Of a DNA stretch of 64,000 nt, positions 18,848 to 29,464 are shown piece by piece. The stretch is from the NCBI GenBank assembly GCA_041178085.1, contig JBEGVZ010000026.1, positions 1-64,000 on the forward strand, in the 5' to 3' direction. The DNA is from Pseudomonadota bacterium. Its GTDB lineage: Bacteria > Bdellovibrionota_B > Oligoflexia > Oligoflexales > RGVZ01. Every line of letters begins with the position of its first letter. Within the stretch, counting starts at the first letter, position 1. The position numbers were made by a program, and so were the translations under genes. The notes under the pieces were generated by a model. That model was not told the origin of the DNA. It was given only the letters and a program-made list of their open reading frames with translations, and made no database searches.

Positions 18848-20691
18848 CGATCCGCCCCGGGAGATACGCTGTTCAGCACATCCTTGGGTATGAGGGTCTT
18901 GTGTCGCAGCAGTGCCTGGGCAAAGGTCTTGCCCTGCGCGTCTGTCCTGAGTGTCACCGTGCCACCCCCGCCGAGTGCCTCGTCCAGCAGGAAGTTGAAG
19001 CCTGACATGTTGGGCAGGGCGTAACGGGTGACGCTGCCGTGGCAAAGCTCCTGAAAAAGGTCTTTGACGCGTTGTGCAGTCAGGTACGAGCCAAGGAAGT
19101 CATAGGCTTTTGCGCTGCGCGCCATGATGCCGATATTTGCCATGTCGCCCTTGTCGCCGCTGCGTCCAAGGCAAATCGCAGAGAGGGCTGTGGCCTCGGG
19201 GTTGGCCTGGATTTGCATGGCGGTCTTGATGTCACAGGAGGCTCGGTCTGCAACCTGGTCCGGCTTGAACCTGGCAGGATCAAATTTGCCCGACTGTTCG
19301 GGCGGGACAACGGTTTCACTGTGTATCCCGCGTCCTTCCTCGCACATGGCGATCTTTGGACGCACGGCGGACTTTGGCATCAGGGCCGGCCAGTAACTGA
19401 CAATTTCCTGGGCCTTTGGCACTCCGCCGAGCACGCATACGCCGGGTGGGCCGGACAAAATCAGGCTGGGGATCAGTTTGCCAAAACGCCGCAGTTTTTT
19501 TTCATCTGCACTGCGGGCGCCCAGGCGCAGCAGGATTTCGTTGCCGTCATCCATTCCGCCAAGGGAGCGATGGCAGGCATTCCATCCAAAGTATTCGGTT
19601 GAAGTTTCGCTCAGTCCGTCCTTGCCGCATTTCTCCCAGAAAATCCGTGCGAACGCTTCGGCCTTGGCGCGAGCGTCCGGGCCGGAAATGGCAATTGCGC
19701 CAAGGCTCTTGAATCCATCTGCGTAAGCCATTGAAACCTTGTAGAGCGGAGTCGGTTCGTAGCCCCTGATTCCACTGACTTTCACGCGGTCTGCGCCAGC
19801 CTGCTCAAGGCGGATCGTGGCAAAGTCAGCAACCACATCCGGAGTGATGTAGCTGTGAGGATTGCCCATTTCATAGAAGAGCTGCTCGCGGACCGTGTCC
19901 GTAGAGACAAGGCCACCACTGCCCGGGTGCTTGGTGACGTAGAAGGTTCCGTCGCGATGGACTTCGATGATCGGAAAACCCATGTTGCTGAAAGAGGGAA
20001 CCTTTCGCCAGTCGGTGAAATTGCCCCCCGTGGCCTGTGTGCCGCATTCGATGATGTGACCGGCGACGACGCCGTGGGCAAGCTTGTCCCAGTCTGTGGG
20101 AGCCCAGCCGAACTCGTGCAACATCGCACCGATGGTGATCCCGGTGTCAGTGACCCGGCCGGTGACGATGATGTTTGGTTCCCACTTCAGGGCATCGGCG
20201 ACTGGAGCCGCGCCAAAATATATGTTTGCCGATTCGATCCTTGACGCCACGCCCGTGAAGGCCGAGCCAGATTCCATGTTGCGGAAATCGCAGCCCTCGC
20301 CTTGAAGGCGCGGGATGTCAGACAGGATGTCGTCTCCGTAAACGATCGCCACGCGGGGTGACAGTCCGAGCTTGCGCCCCAAGGCTGTGATGGCCTCGGC
20401 ACAACCTTGCGGGTTGACGCCACCAGCGTTCGTGATGATCCGGGTTCCGGACTTCATGATGTCCGGCAACACTTCCTCAAGCATGCCCAGGAAGTCACGC
20501 GCATAGCCGAGTTTTGGATCGTTCGCCCGCTGCTTTTGCATGATCGACATCGTCACTTCGGCCAGGAAGTCCATCGAAATGTAGTCGAGGTGTCCCCCCC
20601 GCACCTGGCGCTTCAACGCATCCGGATCATCGCCCCAGTAGCCACCGGCATTACCGATACGGATTACATCTTTTTTGGTCCTGGTCGTCAT
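18844..20691 (-). CDS. AtuA family (DUF1446) acyclic terpene utilization protein
   Basis: RIGNAGGYWGDD, DFLAEVTM, ITNAGGVNP, GRVTD, GHIIECGTQATGGNF, GRSGDKGD, DAQGK. Confidence 0.92.
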   Translation of the reverse strand: MTTRTKKDVIRIGNAGGYWGDDPDALKRQVRGGHLDYISMDFLAEVTMSIMQKQRANDPKLGYARDFLGMLEEVLPDIMKSGTRIITNAGGVNPQGCAEAITALGRKLGLSPRVAIVYGDDILSDIPRLQGEGCDFRNMESGSAFTGVASRIESANIYFGAAPVADALKWEPNIIVTGRVTDTGITIGAMLHEFGWAPTDWDKLAHGVVAGHIIECGTQATGGNFTDWRKVPSFSNMGFPIIEVHRDGTFYVTKHPGSGGLVSTDTVREQLFYEMGNPHSYITPDVVADFATIRLEQAGADRVKVSGIRGYEPTPLYKVSMAYADGFKSLGAIAISGPDARAKAEAFARIFWEKCGKDGLSETSTEYFGWNACHRSLGGMDDGNEILLRLGARSADEKKLRRFGKLIPSLILSGPPGVCVLGGVPKAQEIVSYWPALMPKSAVRPKIAMCEEGRGIHSETVVPPEQSGKFDPARFKPDQVADRASCDIKTAMQIQANPEATALSAICLGRSGDKGDMANIGIMARSAKAYDFLGSYLTAQRVKDLFQELCHGSVTRYALPNMSGFNFLLDEALGGGGTVTLRTDAQGKTFAQALLRHKTLIPKDVLNSVSPGADR

Positions 20692-20694
20692 GGA

Positions 20695-22293
20695 TCACAT
20701 CCTGAAGATTCCGAAACGGGTTTTTTCCCATTCGTGATAGAGCGTGGAAGTCAGCGCCATGGATAGCATGGCTCTTGAATTGCGTGGATCAATCACACCG
20801 TCATCCCACAAACGCGCCGTTGAATAATACGCAGATCCTTCCCGCGTATATTTTTCAAGGATTGGCGTGCGGATTTTTTCACGTTCGCCAGCGCTCAGAG
20901 CCTGGCCTTTCTTGGCAAGTTGCTGTTCCTTGACGGTTGCAAGGACGTCCGCCGCTTGCTCGCCGCCCATGACAGAGATGCGGGAGTTGGGCCACATGAA
21001 CAGGTAGGCCGGATCGTAAGCTCGTCCGCACATGCCGTAGTTGCCGGCCCCAAAACTTCCACCCACCACCATGGTCACTTTGGGAACCCGTGCATTGGCG
21101 ACGGCGTGTACCATCTTGGCCCCGTCACGGGCTATGCCGCCGTGTTCATACTTTTTGCCAACGATGAATCCAGTGATGTTCTGCAGAAACAGGAGGGGCG
21201 TGTTTTCCTGCGTGCAGAGCTCGATGAAATGGGAAGCCTTAAGGGCCGATTCCGAAAACAGGACGCCGTTGTTGGCGATGATTCCCACCGGCACACCGTT
21301 GATGTGCGCAAACCCAGTGACCAATGTGGTCGCGTAGTTTGGCTTGAATTCGAAAAGTTCGGAATCGTCCACCACGCGGGCGATGATCTCGCGGACATCG
21401 AAAAACTTGCGCGGGTCTTGGGGCAGGATGCCAAGGATTTCTGCCGGGTCGTATGCTGGTCCTGATGCAGCGCGCAAGGCCACTAGCGGGCGCACAGGTT
21501 GGCCCAGGTGCTCGACGATGCGGCGGACGATACCAACGGCATGGACGTCATTCTCCGCAATGTGGTCGGCAACGCCACTGATGCGCGTATGGACATCCGC
21601 GCCGCCCAGCTCTTCTGCCGTGACGTCTTCGCCCGTGGCAGCCTTCACGAGGGGCGGGCCTGCAAGAAAAATGGTCCCGTTGCCGCGAACGATGACGCTT
21701 TGGTCCGACATGGCCGGGATATAAGCGCCGCCCGCGGTGCAGAATCCATGCACTGAAGCGATTTGCTGGATACCGGCAGCGCTCATTCGCGCCTGGTTGA
21801 AGAAGATGCGTCCGAAGTCGTCCTTGTCGGGAAAGACTTCGTCCTGCATCGGCAGAAATGCGCCACCAGAGTCCACCAGATAGACACATGGCAAGTGCAA
21901 TTGTGCGGCGATCTCTTGAGCGCGCAGGTGCTTTTTCACCGTGATGGGGTAATAAGTCCCGCCTTTCACCGAATGATCGTTCGCCACGATCATGCAAGGC
22001 CGGCCGTGCACCAGGCCTACACCCGTGACGATACCGCCGGCGGGCACGTCGTCTTCATACAGCCCTTCGCCGGCAAGTGGCGAAAGTTCCATGAAGGATG
22101 ATTCGGGATCGACCAGCGCGTGTACCCGGTCCCGCACGGAGAGCTTGCCATCGGACCGCTTTGCGGCGCCCGCTTGGGAGACTTGGAGTCCGCGTGCGGT
22201 CTTCGCTGCGAGGTCGTCTGCGGCTTGCAGGTGAAACGAGTGGTTGGCCTTGAAGTCAGCGGATTTGGTTGAAATCTGGCTTTGGATTTTCAT
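20695..22293 (-). CDS. Acyl-CoA carboxylase carboxyltransferase (beta) subunit (methylcrotonyl-CoA carboxylase-like)
   Basis: [71 protein letters not shown]. Start at MKIQSQ. Confidence 0.95.
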   Translation of the reverse strand: MKIQSQISTKSADFKANHSFHLQAADDLAAKTARGLQVSQAGAAKRSDGKLSVRDRVHALVDPESSFMELSPLAGEGLYEDDVPAGGIVTGVGLVHGRPCMIVANDHSVKGGTYYPITVKKHLRAQEIAAQLHLPCVYLVDSGGAFLPMQDEVFPDKDDFGRIFFNQARMSAAGIQQIASVHGFCTAGGAYIPAMSDQSVIVRGNGTIFLAGPPLVKAATGEDVTAEELGGADVHTRISGVADHIAENDVHAVGIVRRIVEHLGQPVRPLVALRAASGPAYDPAEILGILPQDPRKFFDVREIIARVVDDSELFEFKPNYATTLVTGFAHINGVPVGIIANNGVLFSESALKASHFIELCTQENTPLLFLQNITGFIVGKKYEHGGIARDGAKMVHAVANARVPKVTMVVGGSFGAGNYGMCGRAYDPAYLFMWPNSRISVMGGEQAADVLATVKEQQLAKKGQALSAGEREKIRTPILEKYTREGSAYYSTARLWDDGVIDPRNSRAMLSMALTSTLYHEWEKTRFGIFRM

Positions 22294-23015
22294 GTGACGT
22301 TGAACGGCTCCAGGTCTTTCCAGCAATCGAGGCCGTCGCCATCGACGGTCAGCAAGTTTTTCAGGACTTCCGCAGTGACGCGCACGTCCCCCATGGACCT
22401 GTGGCGGCTGCTGAAAGTCAGGTTGTAATGAGCGGCCAGCGTATCGAGTTTGCGATTTTCCAGTTTTGGCAGGATGGTTCGCGCCATTTTCAGTGTACAG
22501 AAACAAGGAAGGTCAACTTCATAGCCGAGGCGCAAGGCCGCTGCCCTCAGCATTGTAAAGTCAAACTCCGCGTTGTGGGCCACCATGAGGCTGCCGTCAA
22601 CAAACTGAAGGAATTCCGGCAGAACATCCTCTACCCGGGGTTGGCCGGTGAGCATGTCCGGAGTGATGCCGGTAAGTTGCTGGATCTGGGCGCTAAGCTC
22701 AACTTCGGTGGAAATAAAAGTTGAGAACGTATCGACGACTTCGAAACCCACGAGTTTTTCCGCCCCGATCTCGATGATCCGGTCCTGGTTGATGTCGAGG
22801 CCGGTGGTCTCAAAGTCGAAGACCACGATCGGAACTTCCTCGATTCTTGCGGTTGGTGCAGGCACAAAACGGACCACCCTCCTGAGGGTAAGTGCGTCGT
22901 CCTTGTTGCGCTCGGCAGTCGTGGCAGAATCACCGCCAAGGGTACTGCCGTCGGGATAAATCACCGAGTGGAACATGGAATGTGCAAGCGCCGAAACGGC
23001 CGCGTTGCTGGTCAT
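22290..23015 (-). CDS. DEDDh 3'-5' exonuclease (DnaQ/PolC-like)
   Basis: [23 protein letters not shown]. Confidence 0.9.
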   Translation of the reverse strand: MTSNAAVSALAHSMFHSVIYPDGSTLGGDSATTAERNKDDALTLRRVVRFVPAPTARIEEVPIVVFDFETTGLDINQDRIIEIGAEKLVGFEVVDTFSTFISTEVELSAQIQQLTGITPDMLTGQPRVEDVLPEFLQFVDGSLMVAHNAEFDFTMLRAAALRLGYEVDLPCFCTLKMARTILPKLENRKLDTLAAHYNLTFSSRHRSMGDVRVTAEVLKNLLTVDGDGLDCWKDLEPFNVT

Positions 23016-24415
23016 GCGCGGGTCCCGCCCAGGCTTTGCCGGGAGCGCCTCAGGCGCATTACCGTGCCGCCAAACACTGCAGTCACCATCGCCAAACCCG
23101 CGAGCATCGTTGCCACCGCTGTCGAAGCATTCAAACCGGTAATCCTGGCACCTGTCATGGCAAGTTCAAGCGAAGTCACGGGGACCCAAAGCGCAGCAGC
23201 AACGAGTTTTGCAGCCATCGGATGCCGGGAAATCCACTCTGCCGCGGGCGGACTGAGCCGGTAATAGGTTTCTACCAGCTCGCTTCCTGCTGGATGCAAT
23301 CGAGCGATTCCATCCCGGAACCAACGCAACGGGCGCAAATTTTTGTGGAGGGGTGTACCGTACGTCGCGGTTGCGATGAAGCATCGCAAGTCTTCCTCGG
23401 TGGCCTCGCCTTCCCCGTTCAGTTCAGTCAGTGTGATATTTGCGCTTGGCGTTGCTGTCAGGCAGAGGCTCCGCTTGAGCGCATCTGGCTGGTACATGGC
23501 GACGACGGCGTAGGACACGTCGTTTTCCAGTCCGTTGATTTGGCGGTTGCCGTTGCTGGCACTTTTGACCTTGATGTTCTCCGGGTCGAGCAGGGCAAGC
23601 GCGGCGGTATCGAGGTATGCCTTGTCCGGACAAGTGATGCACGCGCCGCCCGAGGCAAGCGATTCATCAAAGGTGCATGAGCTGGCCGGGTCCGATTCAG
23701 AACTGGGCGAGAACACTTTCGCCGGCAGGGCTGGATAGCTTGCCCCGAGGCGAAATGAGATGACCGTGGCATCGGTCGGTGAACCAGTGGAAGCAGCATC
23801 CGATGCACCGACAAAGGCAATGCTGGTTTTACGATCGAAGGACACGTCGAGGGAGCGGTGGCTGCCGATGATACGCAGGTTCTCCGGAGCTTCGTTGACC
23901 ACGGTCGGGTTCACCGTCACGGTGCCATCTACGGCGTCGCCCTTCTGGGTTTGGTCTTCATAATATTTGAAACGCAGCTTCACCGTCTTCTGGTCGGAGC
24001 TTTGTTTGATGAGGTTGGAAAGTCCGTTGGCGGATACCTGAATGACCCGGATGTAAAAGGTCATGTCGCTATTGCCGTTGGCATTTGTTTCGGTCGCCGC
24101 GTCGTCACGAAACTCAAGGTAGAAAGCGACGGCCGCAGTACCTGCCGGGTCCGTGCCAAGGGCTTCCGACGCGCTTATGTCAGGCAGGAGCAGTCCAAGC
24201 CGTTGATTGAGGGATGATTCTTTCGGCTTGAGTGCGACGTCACTGGGCAGGACGTCCTTCACCACCACGCTCAGGTCGAAAAAACCGCGACTGGTGTCAC
24301 GCGGCAGTGACCCCGTGCTGGTGATCGAGCCAATCGCGAACGCTTCGGAGGACAACAACACGAGGGCGACAATCGCCGCCACCATGGACATACCGGACCG
24401 TGAAGAATGGATCAT
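23012..24415 (-). CDS. Secreted protein with C-terminal CFI-box-CTERM domain
   Basis: Signal peptide. C-terminal CFIATATYG...LRWFRD...VETYYRLSPPAA followed by TM segments. Confidence 0.8.
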   Translation of the reverse strand: MIHSSRSGMSMVAAIVALVLLSSEAFAIGSITSTGSLPRDTSRGFFDLSVVVKDVLPSDVALKPKESSLNQRLGLLLPDISASEALGTDPAGTAAVAFYLEFRDDAATETNANGNSDMTFYIRVIQVSANGLSNLIKQSSDQKTVKLRFKYYEDQTQKGDAVDGTVTVNPTVVNEAPENLRIIGSHRSLDVSFDRKTSIAFVGASDAASTGSPTDATVISFRLGASYPALPAKVFSPSSESDPASSCTFDESLASGGACITCPDKAYLDTAALALLDPENIKVKSASNGNRQINGLENDVSYAVVAMYQPDALKRSLCLTATPSANITLTELNGEGEATEEDLRCFIATATYGTPLHKNLRPLRWFRDGIARLHPAGSELVETYYRLSPPAAEWISRHPMAAKLVAAALWVPVTSLELAMTGARITGLNASTAVATMLAGLAMVTAVFGGTVMRLRRSRQSLGGTRA

Positions 24416-24466
24416 TCCCCGCTTCCTTTTCGAGCAGGTTGAATACTGAAATTTCAGCTGTGGACT

Positions 24467-25444
24467 CTATAGCTTGTCGAGATCCAGAACAAGCCCATCG
24501 TATCCCATGATCAGCTTTGGTCCGCCGGATGGTATGTCTTTCCAGACATCGCCGTAATTCCGGGCATTGGCAGCCAGAAAGTCTGCGGCTTCCTTGGCCA
24601 TTGACTGGAGCTTGTGGGGCGTTGACCAAGGGTCGTGGTGAACAAAAGCGACGGACTTGATTCGTTCTCTCAGGGCTAGCTCGACGCCTATCACGGGCGT
24701 GCAGTGGCCCCAATCAAAGCGGTTCTCAAGCTCGACCCGGTCGTATTGGGAGTCGAAGACCATGAGGTCAAGATTCTGAAGGAATTTCAGGTCTTTACCG
24801 AGTTCCTTGGGGGTCCTGCGCTTGAACTCCCCGTCGACCGCGACGCTGACCGCCTGTCCCTTGTGGTCGACCCGGTAGCCGAAGCAGCCGCCGGGGTGGT
24901 CGAGGGCGAACGAAGCGATTTGTAACGCCCCGACTTTGAACGGTTCGTAGACTTTGTGGTGGTGGAATTCGACCTTGGCTTGCAGCTGGTCCCAGATCAG
25001 GGGGAAATTGACCCCGTTGAACTTGATTTTCACGAATTCCGGTGCATTTTTGTGTACGTGGTGGATGTGGATGGTGCAGTTTTTCGAGTGCAGGGGGAGA
25101 AAAAAAGGAAATCCGATCAGGTGATCCCAGTGCATGTGGGTGAGCAGGATGTGGAACTCTTTCTGGCCGCGTTGCATCGCCTGTGTCCCGGCATCGCGGA
25201 TGCCGGAGCCCATGTCGACAAACACGGAATGCTCGCCCGCCCGGACTTCGGTGCACATGGTGGCACCGCCATAACTGAGCGGCCTGCCGAGGCGACCATC
25301 CTGGGCCGCCTTTGCAAACTCATCGAGCGTCAAAATACCAAGTGATTTTGCTTGGTTGGTTGCGGCCACCAACAGACCCAGGAATTCACTGTCCGGCATG
25401 GTCCGGGGGATCGAGCCTCTGGTTCCCCAAAATGTGACTTCCAC
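24467..25444 (-). CDS. MBL-fold metallo-hydrolase
   Basis: FWGTRGS, YGGATMC, DMGSG, THMHWDH, HPGG, DSQY, WGH, HHDP. GTG start after GAGG. Confidence 0.9.
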   Translation of the reverse strand: MEVTFWGTRGSIPRTMPDSEFLGLLVAATNQAKSLGILTLDEFAKAAQDGRLGRPLSYGGATMCTEVRAGEHSVFVDMGSGIRDAGTQAMQRGQKEFHILLTHMHWDHLIGFPFFLPLHSKNCTIHIHHVHKNAPEFVKIKFNGVNFPLIWDQLQAKVEFHHHKVYEPFKVGALQIASFALDHPGGCFGYRVDHKGQAVSVAVDGEFKRRTPKELGKDLKFLQNLDLMVFDSQYDRVELENRFDWGHCTPVIGVELALRERIKSVAFVHHDPWSTPHKLQSMAKEAADFLAANARNYGDVWKDIPSGGPKLIMGYDGLVLDLDKL

Positions 25445-25613
25445 CAAGACCTCTTTTTCGCTCAAGTGGCCAATATCCTTGATGGTATCACGGAGGCGGC
25501 GTTTTCTGAAGAAAGCTGTCGCCAGCACCACTTCGCTGTGTTATCAAACGGGGCTTCCGGCAGGTCCGGATCGACGTCGAAGGTTTCAATTTTCGCAAGT
25601 TTTTGGAGGAATC

Positions 25614-25901
25614 ATGGCCGTTTGTGTTCGTCTCCAGCGCCATGGCAGCACGCATCGTCCCTTTTATCACATCGTCGCCACTGACTCCCGCAAGAAGCTC
25701 AGGGGCCAGGTCCTCGACCGCCTCGGTCATTACGACCCTGCCGGTGAGCCGTCCAAGATTGTCATGGACGAGGCACGTCTTCGCTTCTGGTACGAAAAAG
25801 GCGCAGAGTTGAGCAACACGGTTGCCAAGATCGCCAAGATCCAGAACGTGAAGCTCGAACGTGCGAAGACCACACCGGCACGCGCTAAAAAAGCCAAGTA
25901 A
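25614..25901 (+). CDS. rpsP: 30S ribosomal protein S16
   Basis: MAVCVRLQRHGSTHRPFYHIVATDSR...LGHYDP...W...GA. GGAGG RBS. Confidence 0.95.
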   Translation: MAVCVRLQRHGSTHRPFYHIVATDSRKKLRGQVLDRLGHYDPAGEPSKIVMDEARLRFWYEKGAELSNTVAKIAKIQNVKLERAKTTPARAKKAK

Positions 25902-25944
25902 TCTGTCGTCCGGGGATCCATCCAGGAAGCCCTTCGGCGGTGAT

Positions 25945-26487
25945 TTGCTGAAGTCTGGCGAAGACCGTTGGTTGTTGATCGGCACCGTTGGCAAGCCTCA
26001 TGGCTTGCGCGGTGCCTTTTTCATTTCGGGACGTTCGGAGCCTTTTCCGGCATCCTGCCGGCAAGTGGTACTCGGGCCAGACCCGGAACACGGACGTGTA
26101 TTTTCAGTTGCTCGCGGCTCGCTGCAACCCGACCGCCCGGTGTTGGGCCTGGTCGAAGTGTCCGACAGGACTTTCGTAGAGGGAATGCGTGGCGAGAAAA
26201 TCTGGATCGCTCGCAGCAGCCTGCAAGTGGACGAGTCTGCTGAGTACCTTTGGTCGGATATCGCCGGCGCGGAGGTCTTTGATTCCACCGGTAATCTCAT
26301 GGGCCGGATCGTCGACATGGTCAATTACGGCGCAAGCGATATCGCGGTGCTGGAAAATGCAAACGGTCAGCGCCTCGACCTGCCATTCGTGCCCGTGTAC
26401 GTGGACATGAATTTCCGCAGCAGCGACAGGCGGATCAATCTTCTGGTCGAGGCCGCAGTGTTCGAAGAGTTCTGGATCAAGGGATAA
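25945..26487 (+). CDS. rimM: Ribosome maturation factor RimM
   Basis: IGTVGKPHGLRG, EYLWSDI.G, GASD, LPFV. Lies between rpsP and trmD. Start position uncertain. Confidence 0.9.
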   Translation: MLKSGEDRWLLIGTVGKPHGLRGAFFISGRSEPFPASCRQVVLGPDPEHGRVFSVARGSLQPDRPVLGLVEVSDRTFVEGMRGEKIWIARSSLQVDESAEYLWSDIAGAEVFDSTGNLMGRIVDMVNYGASDIAVLENANGQRLDLPFVPVYVDMNFRSSDRRINLLVEAAVFEEFWIKG

Positions 26488-26488
26488 C

Positions 26489-27199
26489 ATGCTGCAAATC
26501 TCTGTCATTTCCGTGCATCCAGCTTTTGTTGCGGCTTACGCGGGATTTGGTGCATTGCGTGCAGCCATGGGATCAGGCTCCCTTGCCTTTGAAAGCATTG
26601 ATCTGCGGGATTATGCAATCGACAAGCATGCCAGCGTCGATGATGCGCCCTATGGTGGCGGAGACGGCATGGTCTTGCGTGCCGATGTCCTTGGCAAGGC
26701 CCTCTCTGCGATGGTCCCTGCTGACGGGAACGAGTCCGCCGTGCACGTCATTTCGACGGCTCCCGGTGCGCGGGCTTGGGGCCAGCAAGATGCCCGAAGG
26801 CTTGCTGCGATCAATAAGAAGCTGGTTTTTGTTTGTGGCCGTTTTGCTGGTATCGATCAGCGTTTCCTGGACCTGCACGTCGATGAAGAGTTTTCGATCG
26901 GCGATTTTGTCGTGTCAGGTGGTGAACTCCCGGTCCTCGCCATGGTCGACAGCATCGTCCGGATGCTACCTGGGGCTTTGGGTAACTCTGCCAGCGCGCG
27001 CGACGACTCGTTCTCTGATGGCATGCAGGGGCTTCTTGAATATCCCCTTTATACCCGCCCGTCAGTTTACGAGGGCATGCCGGTACCATCTGTTTTGCTC
27101 AGCGGAGATCATGCCGCGATTCAGAAGTGGCGGCGTGAGCAGGCGATGGAGCGGACGCGCAGGCTCCGCCCCGATCTGCTGCGTGATCACCAGACGTAG
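26489..27199 (+). CDS. trmD: tRNA (guanine-N1)-methyltransferase
   Basis: VDDAPYGGGDGMV, VCGRFAGID.R, SIGDFVVSGGE, LEYPLYTRP, VLLSGDH. Confidence 0.96.
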   Translation: MLQISVISVHPAFVAAYAGFGALRAAMGSGSLAFESIDLRDYAIDKHASVDDAPYGGGDGMVLRADVLGKALSAMVPADGNESAVHVISTAPGARAWGQQDARRLAAINKKLVFVCGRFAGIDQRFLDLHVDEEFSIGDFVVSGGELPVLAMVDSIVRMLPGALGNSASARDDSFSDGMQGLLEYPLYTRPSVYEGMPVPSVLLSGDHAAIQKWRREQAMERTRRLRPDLLRDHQT

Positions 27200-28161
27200 C
27201 GCAGTGTAAACGAACCCATCAAATTGAAGGTACTGCCGCCGATGGCGACCGTTTCCCCGGTGGTCCCAGGGGTCTGCGTGCTTTTTGCCGAGTTTTTCGT
27301 GTGCACGGTTGGCACTTGTTCAGCGCCGTTGGTGACGCTGAATGACTTGTCCTCGGTGTCAGTTTTGGTGGTGGTCTGTCCACCAGACCCGAATAACAGT
27401 CCAGTCGAAAAACCGAGCGACAGGTGCGGGAACCAGCGCAAGTAGAAGTCTGTCCCGACCCTTGGTCCCAGCAACAAGCGGCCGGTGGTTGAAGAGGATA
27501 CATTGCCGACATCATTGCGCTGCACCGAGTAGGTGGTTTCCTGCGCTGTATCGCTCCATGAAGTCGTGGTGCTTCCGGTCTTATACGAGACACTGCCAGT
27601 CGAAGTGTAGGCAAACATGAACCCTGCCGTGGCACGCAGCCAGCGGTCGGCAAAAACGACGTATTTTGGTTGCACGCCGAAAGTGATCTGACGAGGGTTG
27701 ACCTTGCCCGTATCGGCTATGGCGACGGTTCTTGTCTTGGGCGTCGACACTTCGTTGTTGCTGGTTGTTTCGCTGTGGTTGACGGTGTCTGCGGTTTTTG
27801 AATAACCGAGGTAAAACTCAACGCCTGTTTTCGGCGTCATGTAGCCATAATTGATTGCCGTTGTGCCCAGTACGCCAAATTCAGGGTTGGCAAGTTCGAT
27901 ACCAATCGAGTGTTTTAAGCGCGGTGGTGTCGAAGTCCTGGTGAATGCTGCTTGATCGCCAGGTTGCAATCCGCTGTTTTCCGTCTGGGGGGTCTGGCCT
28001 TCGTCATCTGATCCCGTTTCTTCGCGGGCTGTAGTCGCTGCAGGCTTTGGTGCTTGGGTCATGGCTGCAGGCTTTGCGGCAGCCAGGGCGGGGGAGCATG
28101 GTGTAAATGGATTGATAGCGGCCAAGAGGACAAGGATTGGGAAGAACCGGATCGGGGCCAT
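27187..28161 (-). CDS. Probable outer-membrane beta-barrel protein with long Thr/Ser-rich loops
   Basis: Signal peptide (ALA-AA), alternating beta-strand patterns, C-terminal GSFTLRYVW aromatic end. GAGGAG RBS before MAPIRFF. Confidence 0.6.
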   Translation of the reverse strand: MAPIRFFPILVLLAAINPFTPCSPALAAAKPAAMTQAPKPAATTAREETGSDDEGQTPQTENSGLQPGDQAAFTRTSTPPRLKHSIGIELANPEFGVLGTTAINYGYMTPKTGVEFYLGYSKTADTVNHSETTSNNEVSTPKTRTVAIADTGKVNPRQITFGVQPKYVVFADRWLRATAGFMFAYTSTGSVSYKTGSTTTSWSDTAQETTYSVQRNDVGNVSSSTTGRLLLGPRVGTDFYLRWFPHLSLGFSTGLLFGSGGQTTTKTDTEDKSFSVTNGAEQVPTVHTKNSAKSTQTPGTTGETVAIGGSTFNLMGSFTLRYVW

Positions 28162-28171
28162 GGAAAACTCC

Positions 28172-29374
28172 TCAAAATGGCGCATAAAAATCAGAGCGAA
28201 GATTCTGATCAACCTGTTCTGGCAGGATCGCCCCCAGTCGCGCAAGCCGCTTGAGCGTGGCGACTGATTTTCCCCATGCAGACGGCGTCAGCTTTTTTCC
28301 GTCCAGAAAGGCATGCCATATCTGGAGCCTGTTGTGAATTCCAAGATCCCTGGTTTCTTCGAAGTCGAACCACTGCAGGGGTGGCAGGCGCAATTTAAGC
28401 CTGCGCAGGTGCAGTGCGTCCCTGCCTTGCGGAGAGTGCCTGGCGTCGCTGACAGGCTTGAACCAGAACATTTCCAGGTTGCCTTCAAATTGCTGCGCGT
28501 TCGCTCTGCGCGGGAGTTCACGTATCACCGAGGCAGGATCCAGGAGCGGGTTTGGCAGGTCATCGAGTTCCCCATAGCGATCAAAGATGCCGGCCAGTTG
28601 CAGTCCGGCGCCAGCGAACACTTCAAACCATCTCTCGACCGGCCAGCGTAGCTCGTGTGGGTGCAAGAACATGTCAGCAACCCGGGCTGGATTGTCCAGT
28701 GTGACCTTGCCAATCGCTTTCACCTTGGCGGCCAGTTCTGGGGACGTTGCCGCCATAGCCAGAATCCTTGATTTGGCTTCGCGCGTGGCTGCGACCGGAT
28801 CGCCGCCAAGGATGTCGATCCCTGAGTTCCGGAACTCGTCCTGGATGCGGTGAATCCACCATCTTCCAGGGGAGTTGTAGACCATTGCACGGATGGTCCC
28901 TCCGGGTAGCAGCTGCTGCGCCATGGCTGCGATGGCCGGACCCGGGTCAGCCATGTGATGGAGCATGCCGAAGGTCTCAATGTGGGCAAATTGGCGACCC
29001 TCCCGGGCACAGCTCGCAAGAAACTCTACGATGTCCTTGTGGTGGAATTCGGATGCACCACGGCAAAGCAGAGTTCGCAGTCGTCCACGACGCAGGCTGC
29101 GACGGGACAAGTCGACGTTGGCGACGGCATTGCCGGGCGCCTCCCACTTTCTGATGATGTAGGGCAATATTTCTCCGCAACCGGCGACGAGGGTGTCCCC
29201 GGCCGGCGCGACTAGCCGGCTTGCGACCAGGCGACCAGCAAACCAGGACGAGGTCAGATAACCGTCTTGCCAACGTGGCTTTCCCAGCAACGGGTAATTC
29301 GGGTAGGGGAACCGGTCGTAGAGGGCGGCGACCTTCGCCTGAATTTCAGCGTCCTGCTTGGTGATTTCCGGCAA
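28172..29374 (-). CDS. Class I SAM-dependent methyltransferase
   Basis: YDRFPYP, LVAGCGE, VDLS, GMLHHMADP, LLPGG...MVY, DMFLHPHE. Confidence 0.8.
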   Translation of the reverse strand: MPEITKQDAEIQAKVAALYDRFPYPNYPLLGKPRWQDGYLTSSWFAGRLVASRLVAPAGDTLVAGCGEILPYIIRKWEAPGNAVANVDLSRRSLRRGRLRTLLCRGASEFHHKDIVEFLASCAREGRQFAHIETFGMLHHMADPGPAIAAMAQQLLPGGTIRAMVYNSPGRWWIHRIQDEFRNSGIDILGGDPVAATREAKSRILAMAATSPELAAKVKAIGKVTLDNPARVADMFLHPHELRWPVERWFEVFAGAGLQLAGIFDRYGELDDLPNPLLDPASVIRELPRRANAQQFEGNLEMFWFKPVSDARHSPQGRDALHLRRLKLRLPPLQWFDFEETRDLGIHNRLQIWHAFLDGKKLTPSAWGKSVATLKRLARLGAILPEQVDQNLRSDFYAPF

Positions 29375-29464
29375 TTGCGGCGGCCTCCCGCCGGAATCTT
29401 ATTGCATTTACCGGCACTTGGTCAAAAGATCGGAGGATCAATCAGGTATCCGCAGGAGGTCCCC

